Assembly (NCBI GenBank): GCA_965140415.1
Contig: OZ223209.1
Span: 1,984,001 to 2,048,000 of the forward strand
DNA length: 64,000 bases
Reading direction: 5' to 3'
Source: Myxococcota bacterium
GTDB lineage: Bacteria; Myxococcota_A; SURF-8
The notes under the pieces were generated by a model. That model had not been told where the DNA came from and searched no databases. It saw only the letters and a program-made list of their open reading frames with translations. Both the position numbers and the translations under genes were made by a program. This document shows, piece after piece, positions 1-10,245 of this stretch. Position 1 is the stretch's first letter; each line of letters begins with the position of its first letter.

Positions 1-254
1 ACTTGTCCCTTACTGCTTTTTTGTCTCTTGGTGAGTTTGGAGTGATAATTCTGAGTAAACGTTGCCCGAAAGTTTTCCGCTTTCTTGTAATAATCGCGCA
101 ATCCTTCCACAGCCTGAAGCACTTCTGCGGGTGCTTTGGGGTCTGCTTTGGGTGGTGTTAGCTTTACGGTGGATTGCTGCGCCCATGAGGCATTCAACTC
201 GCACAACGAAAGGGCGATCATCAGGCAAAGCAGTTGCATAGAAATCCGCGTCAT
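1..254 (-). CDS. lolA: Outer-membrane lipoprotein carrier LolA, 5' part (runs off window); absent from the ORF track
   Basis: Manual translation from ATG at 254 after a GGAGG RBS: MTRISMQLLCLMIALSL...YYKKAENFRATFTQNYHSKLTKRQKSSKGQ. Signal peptide, LolA-like F-x-A-x-F-x-Q...G strand and typical position downstream of ftsK. Confidence 0.75.
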   Translation of the reverse strand, partial: MTRISMQLLCLMIALSLCELNASWAQQSTVKLTPPKADPKAPAEVLQAVEGLRDYYKKAENFRATFTQNYHSKLTKRQKSSKGQ

Positions 255-331
255 CCTACCTCCTATTATTTTTAACTCCGAAATGCGGAGAATTATTCCC
301 TGGCGTCGTTTCGTGTTTATCCGTCGTTCTA

Positions 332-1639
332 TTAAAAGGTACTTTGCTTTTTCCATTGCTGCCACAAAAACATGAATAAAATAGGCAATAACGCATTACG
401 AGCGAAAAGCCAACCGATTCCGACCGGTTTCATCTGCACCAGATCGAGATAATGATTGGGATAAACCTGATGAGTAAAAGCAAGCAACGCTCCCATGCAT
501 AGCACGGTCCAAACAATTGAATGACGGTTATACGGCAACACGAGAACGAGTGGCGTCAGCCAGCTAAGGAACTGGGCGGAAAAGATTTTGGAGCCGATGA
601 TCAGAATCAACAGCAGCAGCGTTGCGCCAATCAGCGCCATTCCGAACCCATTTTCTTTGTGCCACAACATTTCCCGTTTTTGCCACAATAGCCATAAAAA
701 CGAAAGCGAAGCCGTTATCAGTAGCACAGTCCATAGTTGCGCGAGTATTGCGGAGCCGGGAAAAGAAACCGAAACCGCCAGCGCTTCTTCGTAGAGTTTC
801 AATGTGCCGCCTAGAAGATATTGCAAAATGCCCAGGGATGCCGGAATGGATTCAAGCTGCAGCCCGCGCTGAGTCTGGTAGGCGATGAAGCTGAAAGCAT
901 CCTGTCCCGCTGCGATCCAGAAGGGAAGGAATCCGGCCAGAATTCCCATTAATCCGGCGATGGCTGCTCGCATTCGATACGGATGGCCTTTGGCATCGGT
1001 TTGCGTCCAAACCCAGATGAGCAGGGGGGGAGCAAGTACGATGGGCGATAGCTTCAACGCCGCTGCCAGACCGAGAATGAAAGCGGCAGGGATGAATGCG
1101 CGTCTGGCGGCTAAAGCTAGCGCTGCAATGGTGGTCGCTGCAACGGCAAGATCCAGCTTATTGTATAGAATATAGGGACATAACAGCGGTAAAACGATGT
1201 AGAACGCTTGTCGCCAGGCGAGTTGGGCGGTACTGATGGTTGGTACGACGACCCGTATAACAAGAGGTAACAGTAAAAAAACGAACAGATCCAGAAGCAT
1301 CATTTGAAGGTGGAAGAATAGGTTGTACGTTTCGAACAGATCGGAACCGGCAAGAGATGCAATCATTCCCGGCGTTAACACGAAGGCGAGCATAAGCGGA
1401 GGATATTCGAACGAATTCTCACTGAAAAAGCTTTTCCCTTGTTCTCCGGCTAGTTGAAACTGTTGGTAATAGTGGTGATACAGAGGGACGTCGCTTAGTG
1501 ACAAGGGACCTTGAAGCGTCGGAGCAGTGATACTGAAATATACATAAACGGCCCGGCTGATCAGAAATAATGCAACCATTCCTAAAAGCAGGGCGCGCGT
1601 ATTCGAATTGGATTGTTGTTGTTTCGAAATCGTACTCAT
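332..1639 (-). CDS. Polytopic membrane GT-C glycosyltransferase (GT87/DUF2029-like)
   Basis: Many hydrophobic segments; D..Y, EYPPL, D-L-A, K-L-S-P, RGLQLES and SAQFLSW motifs typical of GT87-like proteins. Confidence 0.75.
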   Translation of the reverse strand: MSTISKQQQSNSNTRALLLGMVALFLISRAVYVYFSITAPTLQGPLSLSDVPLYHHYYQQFQLAGEQGKSFFSENSFEYPPLMLAFVLTPGMIASLAGSDLFETYNLFFHLQMMLLDLFVFLLLPLVIRVVVPTISTAQLAWRQAFYIVLPLLCPYILYNKLDLAVAATTIAALALAARRAFIPAAFILGLAAALKLSPIVLAPPLLIWVWTQTDAKGHPYRMRAAIAGLMGILAGFLPFWIAAGQDAFSFIAYQTQRGLQLESIPASLGILQYLLGGTLKLYEEALAVSVSFPGSAILAQLWTVLLITASLSFLWLLWQKREMLWHKENGFGMALIGATLLLLILIIGSKIFSAQFLSWLTPLVLVLPYNRHSIVWTVLCMGALLAFTHQVYPNHYLDLVQMKPVGIGWLFARNALLPILFMFLWQQWKKQSTF

Positions 1640-1642
1640 CCC

Positions 1643-4426
1643 TCAATCCATCGAAATCGGGCGACCGTACACCGGGCGTCCTTTTACCCCGTCGGAGGGG
1701 CCGACAATTCCCTCTTCCTCCATCTTTTCCACAATGCGCGCCGCGCGATTGTAGCCGATGCGCAACTTGCGTTGCAGCATGGAGATCGATGCCTTGCCGC
1801 TATCGCAGACGATGGCCACCGCTGCATCGTATTCGGAGTCGTATTCTTCCGATTCGATCTTGGCTTCCTCTGCTTTTTGTTCGATACGGTCAAGAATATC
1901 CGATTGATAGGTCGCCTGGCGTTGGTGGCGCACAAAATCGACGATCGAAGCGGTTTCCTGCTCCGAAACGAAGGCTCCGTGGATGCGCTGCAAGTCTCCC
2001 GAACCGGTGCGATAGAGCATATCACCCATACCCAATAGCGATTCCGCGCCGTTCATATCCAGAATGGTGCGGCTGTCCACCTTCTGCGACACGCGGAAGG
2101 AGATGCGCGCCGGGAAGTTGTTCTTGATCAAGCCGGTGAGCACGTCAGTTGAAGGTCGCTGGGTGGCGACGATCAGGTGAATACCGCTGGCTCGCGCCAA
2201 CTGTGCCAAGCGCGCAATGGAGATTTCCACTTCTTTACCGGCCACCATCATCAAATCGGCCAGTTCGTCGATCACCACCACGATGTAAGGAATGCGTTTG
2301 GGTGGCGGGCTGCTTTTCAGCTTGCGTCCCAGGGTGCGCAGATCGCCGCCTTCGCTGGCGGAGAATTCCTCGATTACGCGCTCGATATCGCCGCCTTTCT
2401 GATCATAGGCGTCTTCCAGGTGCTTAACGAGGCGATTGTAGCTGTCGATGTTTTTCGTGCCCCACTCCGAGAGCAGCTTGTAGCGCTGGTCCATTTCGTG
2501 CACCGTCCAGGCCAGAGCCAGTGCTGCCTGCTTGGGATCGGTGACGACCGGTAGCAGCAGGTGCGGGATGCCTTCGTAGAAGTTGAACTCCAGCCGTTTG
2601 GGATCGATCAGGATGAATTTGACGTCGTCGGGCGTGGCGCGGTAGAGGATCGACAGGATCATGCCGTTGACCCCGACCGATTTACCCGCGCCGGTTGCAC
2701 CGGCGATGAGCAAGTGGGGCATCTTTTGCAGATTCGCCACCACAGGATAGCCGAAGATGTCCTTGCCCAGCGCTACCGTCAATTTGCCTTTGGATTTCGC
2801 GAATTTGCGATGCGCGATGATTTCCTTTAAGTATACTGTTTCACGGTTGGCGCTTGGGACTTCGATACCTACCACGCTTTTGCCCGGAATCGGAGCCACG
2901 ATACGTACTTTCAAGGCTGCCAAAGCCATGGCCAGATCGTCTTCCAGGTTGGAAATACGGGAGATTTTGGTACCGCGCGCCGGGGCAAACTCGTACATGG
3001 TAATGACCGGCCCGGGATGAATTTCCTGTACCTTGCCTTCGATTTTGTAATCCATCAAGGTCTGTTCGAGCAGACGCGCGTTGCTGTATAACTGCTCACG
3101 ATCCAGCTCGTTGATTCCTTCGTTGGTGTAGGACAACAGCGAAAGCGGCGGTAGTTCGTAGGGTTCCTCCTGCTCTTCGCTTTCAAAGGATAGATCCGGC
3201 AGTTCTTCCGCGCTGGGGCGCTTCGGGCGTTGATCCACGATCTGCGGTTCTTCTTCGTCGCGCTTTTTGCGTCGTCGGTTGGTGGAAGAGGGTGGGGTGG
3301 TGGCTTCTACAGATTCCAGAGCTTCCTGATCTGGGGAGGCGTTCTCTTCTTCTTGGATTTCTTCCTCTATTTCCTCGATGATTTCCGCATTCTCAACAGG
3401 TCGTTCCGTTTCTGAAACCGGACGCCGCACCTGGATCGCCACTTCGCGTTCGCCGTGATCCAGTAATTTAACCCGTTCTACTTCTGCATCACTGGATTCG
3501 GGATTTACGGGACTGTCTTGCCCATTGGCTTGGATGATCTGAGGTTTTGCGTTTTCCTGAACGCTGGAAGTGGCTGGAACTTCCTGCTTATTCGGAATTT
3601 CATTTTCCAGTTCCGCACGTGCTGCTGCGGCTAACGCTCGTTTTTCACGCCAGCTTTGCAGGCTGTTTCGCAGCCCGTTCCATAATTTTTGCAACAGCTT
3701 GGCAAAAAGGACCGCAACCCGCACGATAGCGTGCCAGAATCCAAGCGCTACGCGGCGCAGCGTTTGCCAGAAAAACAGCAATAGATGACCGGCAGTGCGC
3801 ATGGGAGGTACGCTGGTGGCCAGCACTACCGCCAGAATCAACACCAGACCGCTGACGATCCCCAGGCCCCAGTCTCCCAATAATGGCTGTAATAGCCTTG
3901 CAAACAGACCGCCTACCAGCCCACCGGGCGCGTACGGCATGTTCTTTGCGGAAAGCAGCAGTTCCAACAGCACCGAGCAGCAGATCACGATCAGGAAAAT
4001 TCCAAGGCTTTCCCGCAGTTTCAGTGCTACCGTGCGCCGCATACCCAGCACGATGCCCAACGCACCGATGCAGAAGGTCGCCAGATAAGCGCTGTAGCCG
4101 AAGCCTTGTAAGGCCGCCAATGCGATATACGCCCCTGCGCGACCGATCAGATTGCGGGCCGCGCCGTTTTCCGTGACGATGCCCGGATCTGCCGGCGTAT
4201 AGGTGATCAGCGAAAGCAGCATGACAACCGCCAGCGCCAGCAGCAGTAAGCCCCAGATTTCCAAACGCAGACCGCTATCGCCGCCTGGCTGTTTTGCAGC
4301 GGAAGTGTTGGCTTTTGCTTTCTTTTCTGCCGGTTTGCTCGCTGCCTGGCGTTTGGTCGCCACGCGACGTACCTCTTTTGTGCTATTTTTCTTCGGTGTT
4401 TTCGCTTTAGTAGATTTTGCTGCCAT
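1643..4426 (-). CDS. ftsK: DNA translocase FtsK
   Basis: N-terminal TM domain, acidic linker, PHLLIAGATGAGKS Walker A, IDELADLMM, ATQRPS, C-terminal gamma domain (SISMLQRKLRIGYNRAARIVE). Confidence 0.97.
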   Translation of the reverse strand: MAAKSTKAKTPKKNSTKEVRRVATKRQAASKPAEKKAKANTSAAKQPGGDSGLRLEIWGLLLLALAVVMLLSLITYTPADPGIVTENGAARNLIGRAGAYIALAALQGFGYSAYLATFCIGALGIVLGMRRTVALKLRESLGIFLIVICCSVLLELLLSAKNMPYAPGGLVGGLFARLLQPLLGDWGLGIVSGLVLILAVVLATSVPPMRTAGHLLLFFWQTLRRVALGFWHAIVRVAVLFAKLLQKLWNGLRNSLQSWREKRALAAAARAELENEIPNKQEVPATSSVQENAKPQIIQANGQDSPVNPESSDAEVERVKLLDHGEREVAIQVRRPVSETERPVENAEIIEEIEEEIQEEENASPDQEALESVEATTPPSSTNRRRKKRDEEEPQIVDQRPKRPSAEELPDLSFESEEQEEPYELPPLSLLSYTNEGINELDREQLYSNARLLEQTLMDYKIEGKVQEIHPGPVITMYEFAPARGTKISRISNLEDDLAMALAALKVRIVAPIPGKSVVGIEVPSANRETVYLKEIIAHRKFAKSKGKLTVALGKDIFGYPVVANLQKMPHLLIAGATGAGKSVGVNGMILSILYRATPDDVKFILIDPKRLEFNFYEGIPHLLLPVVTDPKQAALALAWTVHEMDQRYKLLSEWGTKNIDSYNRLVKHLEDAYDQKGGDIERVIEEFSASEGGDLRTLGRKLKSSPPPKRIPYIVVVIDELADLMMVAGKEVEISIARLAQLARASGIHLIVATQRPSTDVLTGLIKNNFPARISFRVSQKVDSRTILDMNGAESLLGMGDMLYRTGSGDLQRIHGAFVSEQETASIVDFVRHQRQATYQSDILDRIEQKAEEAKIESEEYDSEYDAAVAIVCDSGKASISMLQRKLRIGYNRAARIVEKMEEEGIVGPSDGVKGRPVYGRPISMD

Positions 4427-4503
4427 GATCGTTCTTATCCATCATCCGTCGTCGGGACGGTGCGTGTTCGCCCCCAAATCGCAACGCCGTTGTTACTACA
4501 GGG

Positions 4504-6234
4504 CTATTTCGGCGCCGGGACTTCGTGAATTCCTTCCGGGCGGGGAAGGAATCCCTTGCGTTTCGATTGTTTCGAAGTTTTTCGGTGCTTGCGTTTATTC
4601 TTTGCCACTTTACGTTCCGGCTGCGTGGCGTCCTGATATCCGGGTGGCAGCGCCGGTCCGTAAAACTGGGGCAGTTCGATGGCTTCCAGCTTTCCTTGAA
4701 GCAAAGCCCGCGCCTCGGCCCAGCGGTCGTGGTATTTCTTTGCCAGCGGTTTGCCCGGCTCGTACTTGACTTTCAACGGGTTGATGTATTTGCCATACTT
4801 CTTCAGACCGAAATGCAGGTGCGGCCCGGTGCTTCGTCCCGTGGTGCCCACGCGGCCAACCAGTTGTTTCTGGCGGATTTTCTGCCCGGCGTTCATGGCG
4901 ATGGAACTCAGGTGGCAGTAAATCGACTCGTAACCGTTGGCGTGTTTGAGCACCACGCCCTTGCCGCAGGCGCCCATCCATCCGGCTTTCTTCACACGTC
5001 CGCTGGCGATGGCCCAGATCGGCGTACCGACCGGCGCGCCATAATCGACGCCGTTGTGCTGTTTGCGTTTGCCTAGCGTGGGGTGCATGCGGAAACCGAA
5101 ACGCGACGTCACGCGGGTGGTGTCCAGCGGGGCGCGCAAAAAGCTTTTTTGCAGCGCGTTGCCTTCGCTGTCGAAGTATTCCGCGCGAGATTGATCCGGG
5201 GTTTCGAAATAGTAGGCATGCAGGTCTCCCACCAGATCGCCGTGGAAGCTGGCGGCCAGAATCTGTCCGTATTTCACGAACTTGCCCTTGTAATAGTGCT
5301 TCTCCACCAGTACGCGCCAGCTATCGCCTTTGCGGATATCGGAATAGAAATCGATGTCCCAGGCGAAGATCGAGGAGATCAGGTAGGTCAGCGCATCGCT
5401 TTCGCCCAGTTTCCAGACGGAGGTGCTTAGCGACTGCTCGATGGTGCCTGCCAAGGGGACGACGTACATCTCGGTTTCGCCATCCATGCGATAGCCGACC
5501 AGCGCGTCGTTTTCGCGTCGCGCGTAATAGTCTTCGAGCAGACGATAGTGGAAGTTGAAGGATTCGATCTGGCCGGTCGGATCGGTCTTGACTTCCCAGG
5601 TGTTTCCCGCGTGGATGCTGCGGAAATTGAAGACGTCTTTAAATGCGGCGATCACTTCCATGGCGGCGGCATATTCCAGCCCGGCGCGCATGAACGAGGT
5701 GCTTAAGGTGTCGTTCTTTTCAATCGTGCCTTTGACCGTGCGCGCCAGCGAGGTTTCCTCTACGACCTCGGTTTCATCCGTGGCGGGCTGGGTGGCATCT
5801 TGCGTGGTGTCATTTGGCAGGACGGTATCCGGCGCGGCGGCGGCTTCTTTCATTGGCTCCAACTCGTCCGGGTCGATTTCCATGCCCATGGGCTGCTCGG
5901 ATTCCGCGTTGGCCTGCGGTTTTTCCTTTGTGTTTTCAGCAGGTTCCGTATTTGTTGGAGCTTCCGCTTTAACGGCTTGCGGTTCGGCTGCTGCGTTTGT
6001 GTTATCTACAAAATCCTTAGCGATATCGGCAGGTTGACTGTCCACCGTGGCGGGTTGCTCCGGGGCGGGCTCGTTTTGCTTGCCGGTGGCGTCGTCTTCC
6101 GGCCACAAGCCCCATAGCAGCGAGGCGCAGGCAAATCCCAATAGGAAGACGAAGACCGGGGAAGACCACAGGGAAACACGCCGGGAGCGGTGTGGTGACG
6201 ACGATTGACTGGATGGGCTGTATATTTTCTGCAC
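4504..6234 (-). CDS. M23 family peptidoglycan DD-endopeptidase (MepM-like)
   Basis: N-terminal TM anchor, WDIDF segment, HNGVDY (HxxxD) and STGPHLHF (HxH) zinc motifs. Confidence 0.92.
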   Translation of the reverse strand: MQKIYSPSSQSSSPHRSRRVSLWSSPVFVFLLGFACASLLWGLWPEDDATGKQNEPAPEQPATVDSQPADIAKDFVDNTNAAAEPQAVKAEAPTNTEPAENTKEKPQANAESEQPMGMEIDPDELEPMKEAAAAPDTVLPNDTTQDATQPATDETEVVEETSLARTVKGTIEKNDTLSTSFMRAGLEYAAAMEVIAAFKDVFNFRSIHAGNTWEVKTDPTGQIESFNFHYRLLEDYYARRENDALVGYRMDGETEMYVVPLAGTIEQSLSTSVWKLGESDALTYLISSIFAWDIDFYSDIRKGDSWRVLVEKHYYKGKFVKYGQILAASFHGDLVGDLHAYYFETPDQSRAEYFDSEGNALQKSFLRAPLDTTRVTSRFGFRMHPTLGKRKQHNGVDYGAPVGTPIWAIASGRVKKAGWMGACGKGVVLKHANGYESIYCHLSSIAMNAGQKIRQKQLVGRVGTTGRSTGPHLHFGLKKYGKYINPLKVKYEPGKPLAKKYHDRWAEARALLQGKLEAIELPQFYGPALPPGYQDATQPERKVAKNKRKHRKTSKQSKRKGFLPRPEGIHEVPAPK

Positions 6235-6663
6235 GAAACCTCTTGATCGGGAGCCTGGCTGTCCGATTGATTCAAAGTGTTACGACATCGCGACGCTGCC
6301 GGTCGCGTACAACTCGGACATTCGCCGGATTCTGTAGCGATGCCCCAAGATACTTAATATCATTTTATCATACTTTATAGAAAGGTTTCAACGGCAATCG
6401 TTGGCTTAAAGCGGGAAAATCTGTGGAAATCGCGAGAAATCGCTCCGCCTGGCGCAGCATCGGCAAGGCAAGCCGAAACCTGCGTGCCGATTACTGCCAT
6501 TTCGACGGTGGACGTCTGGCAGTCCGGGGGAGCAATCCCCCTGTTCCGGCCAAAAGATGACAAACAAAGTCGGTGTGGAAAAAGGTTTGTACTATTTTTC
6601 ATGACCGTGCTATTTTTACCGCACATCAACTTAGTCGAGATCCATTCATGCTGGGGAGTTCAG

Positions 6664-9600
6664 ATGCCGGAAGCGACCGTTTCGATACAGGACTTTATTT
6701 CGCGTTGGAAAACCAGTGGGGCCTCCGAACGCTCCAACTACCAGCTCTTTTTATCGGAGTTGTGCAAGATCATCGGTGTGATGGGACCGGAGCCCAGCCA
6801 GCCCGATAACGAAAAGAACACCTACGTTTTCGAGAAGGCCGTCAGTCAGCACCATGCCGACGGTTCCACCTCGCAGCGTTTCATCGATCTTTACAAGCGT
6901 GGTTGCTTTGTGCTGGAAGCCAAGCAGGGCGCGGAAAAACGCGAGCATGATGAACTTGCCCTGAAATCAAAAAAGCTTAAAACCGGCCACGGTACGCGCG
7001 GCTCGCATGGCTGGGATGTCACCATGACCGCCGCCCGGCATCAGGCGGAAGGGTACGCCAAGGCGCTGCCAGTAGAGGAAGGCTGGCCGCCGTTAATTAT
7101 GGTGGCGGATGTGGGCCACGTGATCGAGGTCTTCGCGGATTTCAGCGGCACCGGTAAGGTCTACCAGCAGTTCCCGGATGCGCAGAACTTTCGCATCTAT
7201 CTGGACGATCTCCAGAAAGATGACGTTCGCGAGCGCCTGAAACTTATCTGGAGCGATCCGCATTCATTAGACCCCGCTAAGCGTAGCGCCGCCGTTACGC
7301 GCGAAGTGGCCGACCGACTGGCGAAGCTGGCGAAAAGCCTGGAAGGCAGCGAGCACGAACCCAAAGTCGTGTCCGAATTTCTCATGCGCTGCCTCTTTAC
7401 CATGTTTGCAGAGGACGTGGGTCTTTTGCCCAAGGACGCTTTTACCCGGCTTCTAGCCGAGTTGAAGGCCGAGCCGAGAAAGTTCCAGCCCATGCTTCAA
7501 TCGATGTGGGCGGATATGGATAAAGGTGGATTCTGCGGCGTGTTGCGCGATACCGTTTTGCGTTTCAATGGCGGCCTCTTTGCCGATCGCACGGCGCTGC
7601 CTTTGACCGGAGAGCAGATCGAACTTTTGGAGCACGCCGCCAAGGCGGATTGGAAAGACGTGGAGCCGCGTATCTTCGGCACCTTGCTGGAGCGCGCCTT
7701 AGATCCTAAAGAACGCCATAAACTGGGGGCGCACTTCACGCCGCGTGCCTATGTGGAGCGGCTGATCGAGCCGACACTTCTGGAGCCCTTGCGCGAGCAG
7801 TGGGAAAACGCCAAAGCCGCCGCGCTGATGGACGCCGACAAGGGCGATTTGAAATCCGCTACCGAGCGCGTCAAGACTTTCCACCGCCTGTTGTGCGACA
7901 CGAAGGTGCTGGACCCGGCCTGCGGCTCCGGCGACTTTTTGTACGTCGCGCTGGAGCACATGAAGCGGCTGGAGGGCGAGGTGCTGACCCTGATGGAGGA
8001 TTTCGGCGTGGAGTCGCGCGGGCTGGAGTTGACCGGCCTGACCGTCGATCCGCATCAGTTCCTCGGCATCGAGATCAACCCCCGCGCTACGGCGATTGCC
8101 GAGATGGTGCTGTGGATCGGTTATCTGCAATGGCATTTTCGCACCAAGGGCAATGTGAACCCGCCCGAACCGGTTTTGCGCGATTTCAAAAATATCGAGT
8201 GCCGCGACGCGCTTTTGGTGTGGGATCGCTGCGAAATCGCCACGGATAAAGACGGCAAGCCCCTTAGCCGCTGGGATGGCGAGACGATGAAGACGCACCC
8301 GGCCACCGGCGAACTGGTGCCGGATGAGACGGCCCGCGTCCCGCAACTGCAATACCTCAATCCCCGCAAGGCCGAATGGCCCCAGGCCGATTATGTCATC
8401 GGCAATCCGCCGTTTCTGGGAAAGGGCGAATTGATACGCGAGGCATTGGGGGACGGCTATGTGGAAGCACTTTGGAAAAATTATCCAGAAATGCCCCGTT
8501 CAGCGGATTTTGTACTGTACTGGTGGAATAAAGCAGCCCATTTGCTGAGAGATGGTAAGCTCAAGCGATTTGGTTTCATCACCACCAACTCAATTCACCA
8601 GACCTTTAACCGGAAAGTCCTTGATAGGCATATGACGGCGAAAGATCCGCTATCCATTCATTTCGCCATTCCCGATCATCCCTGGGTGGATAACACAGAT
8701 GGCGCTGACGTTCGAATTGCTATCACTGTAGCACGAGCTGGGGAATATTCAGGAAACGTAGCAAATATCGAGCGAGAAGTAAAAAGCGACCAAGATACCC
8801 GGATGGTACTGCTTGCAGAAAGCAAAGGAGTAATTCACAGCAATCTGCGTATTGGCGCTGATGTAGGTTCTGCTGTCGCGTTAATGGCTAACCAAAATCT
8901 CAGTTGGAATGGCATTATGACTGCGGGTCGCGGTTTCCTTGTCACGCATGAACAAGCAGAAAAGCTAGGGTTTGGAAAATCGGAGACTCTGAGCAAACGT
9001 ATTCGCCCCTTCATGAATGGACGAGATATCAATCAAACTCCAAGAGGAATGTATGTGATCGATCTTTTTGGATTAGAAATCAAAGAAGTCCAGATGCAGT
9101 GTCCTGATTTGTATCAATGGGTCTACGAAAATGTTAAGCCGGATAGAGATGTAAAAAGGGACAAGAAATTTAGAGAACGTTGGTGGGATTTTGGACGACC
9201 AAGACCTGACTTCAGGAAAGCTACAGAAACCCTTGAAAGATTCATTGCGACGGTTGAAACTTCAAAACACCGAATGTTCGTTTTCCTTTCTTCTGAAATA
9301 TTGCCAGAGCATAAACTGGTGAATATTGCTCTTGATGATGCGTTTTTTCTAGGCGTTCTATCGAGTCGAGCGCATGTATGCTGGGCGTTAGCCTCCGGTG
9401 GTCGTTTGGGGGTTGGTAACGATCCTGTTTATGTGAAATCCAGATGTCTAGACACCTTCCCCTTCCCGGATGCCACGGACGAGCAGAAGGCCCACATCCG
9501 CGACCTGGCCGAGCGCCTGGACGCCCACCGCAAGCAGCGCCAGGCCGAACACGAAAACCTGACCATGACCGGCATGTACAACGTGCTGGAAAAGCTGCGC

Positions 9601-10113
9601 AGCGGCGAGGCGTTGACCAAGAAGGAGCAGCATATTCACGAATGGGCGGCCACAACCGTGTTGAAGGAGTTGCACGACGAGTTGGACGCCGCCGTTTTCG
9701 ACGCCTACGGCTGGCCCGCCGACCTGGACGACGAGGACATCCTGGAGCGGTTGGTGGCGCTCAACCATGAACGCGCCGACGAGGAAAAGCGGGGGGTGAT
9801 CCGCTGGCTCAGGCCCGACTACCAGAACCCGGACGGCCACAGCGCCGCCACGCAGACCGAAGCCGAACTTGCCGAACGCACCCCGGCCAAGGCCAAAGCC
9901 GCCGCCATGAAAAAACGCCCCTGGCCCAAAGCCCTGCCCGAGCAGGTGCAGGCCGTGCGCGAGGTGCTGGCCGAACTCCCGGAAGCGGCCGACGAGGCGA
10001 CCATCGCCAAAGCCTTTAAAGGCGCACGCAAGGACAAGCTTTCCGAAATCCTGGCGACATTGGAAGTTATGGGTGGGGCCAAGCGGACGGATGAGGGTTT
10101 GTGGAGTTGCTGA
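6664..10113 (+). CDS. MmeI-like type IIL restriction-modification enzyme (fused endonuclease, adenine methyltransferase and TRD)
   Basis: IDLYKRGCFVLEAK nuclease motif, LGAHFTP, LDPACGSG (motif I), GNPPF (motif IV), HxxLDxAVxxAYGW tail. Start moved to ATG 6664 after a GGGGAG RBS. Confidence 0.9.
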   Translation: MPEATVSIQDFISRWKTSGASERSNYQLFLSELCKIIGVMGPEPSQPDNEKNTYVFEKAVSQHHADGSTSQRFIDLYKRGCFVLEAKQGAEKREHDELALKSKKLKTGHGTRGSHGWDVTMTAARHQAEGYAKALPVEEGWPPLIMVADVGHVIEVFADFSGTGKVYQQFPDAQNFRIYLDDLQKDDVRERLKLIWSDPHSLDPAKRSAAVTREVADRLAKLAKSLEGSEHEPKVVSEFLMRCLFTMFAEDVGLLPKDAFTRLLAELKAEPRKFQPMLQSMWADMDKGGFCGVLRDTVLRFNGGLFADRTALPLTGEQIELLEHAAKADWKDVEPRIFGTLLERALDPKERHKLGAHFTPRAYVERLIEPTLLEPLREQWENAKAAALMDADKGDLKSATERVKTFHRLLCDTKVLDPACGSGDFLYVALEHMKRLEGEVLTLMEDFGVESRGLELTGLTVDPHQFLGIEINPRATAIAEMVLWIGYLQWHFRTKGNVNPPEPVLRDFKNIECRDALLVWDRCEIATDKDGKPLSRWDGETMKTHPATGELVPDETARVPQLQYLNPRKAEWPQADYVIGNPPFLGKGELIREALGDGYVEALWKNYPEMPRSADFVLYWWNKAAHLLRDGKLKRFGFITTNSIHQTFNRKVLDRHMTAKDPLSIHFAIPDHPWVDNTDGADVRIAITVARAGEYSGNVANIEREVKSDQDTRMVLLAESKGVIHSNLRIGADVGSAVALMANQNLSWNGIMTAGRGFLVTHEQAEKLGFGKSETLSKRIRPFMNGRDINQTPRGMYVIDLFGLEIKEVQMQCPDLYQWVYENVKPDRDVKRDKKFRERWWDFGRPRPDFRKATETLERFIATVETSKHRMFVFLSSEILPEHKLVNIALDDAFFLGVLSSRAHVCWALASGGRLGVGNDPVYVKSRCLDTFPFPDATDEQKAHIRDLAERLDAHRKQRQAEHENLTMTGMYNVLEKLRSGEALTKKEQHIHEWAATTVLKELHDELDAAVFDAYGWPADLDDEDILERLVALNHERADEEKRGVIRWLRPDYQNPDGHSAATQTEAELAERTPAKAKAAAMKKRPWPKALPEQVQAVREVLAELPEAADEATIAKAFKGARKDKLSEILATLEVMGGAKRTDEGLWSC

Positions 10114-10245
10114 AGATAGGGAAACAGCACCATAACCGAATTGCGCATATTTTTTCCCCCGCCCTGACGTCTTCGCTTTACAAAATGGTGAAACGGGGTA
10201 AGGTCGGCAGGGTGAGTTCAACCCCTTGTTTCAAAGGAAGCCGCC

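Noticed and set aside
6440-6500. Hairpin upstream of the R-M gene as a riboswitch
   Set aside because: Could not match it to any riboswitch consensus I know
6484-6663. 60-aa N-terminal extension of the R-M enzyme
   Set aside because: Non-protein-like sequence; the RBS and family-like start are at 6664
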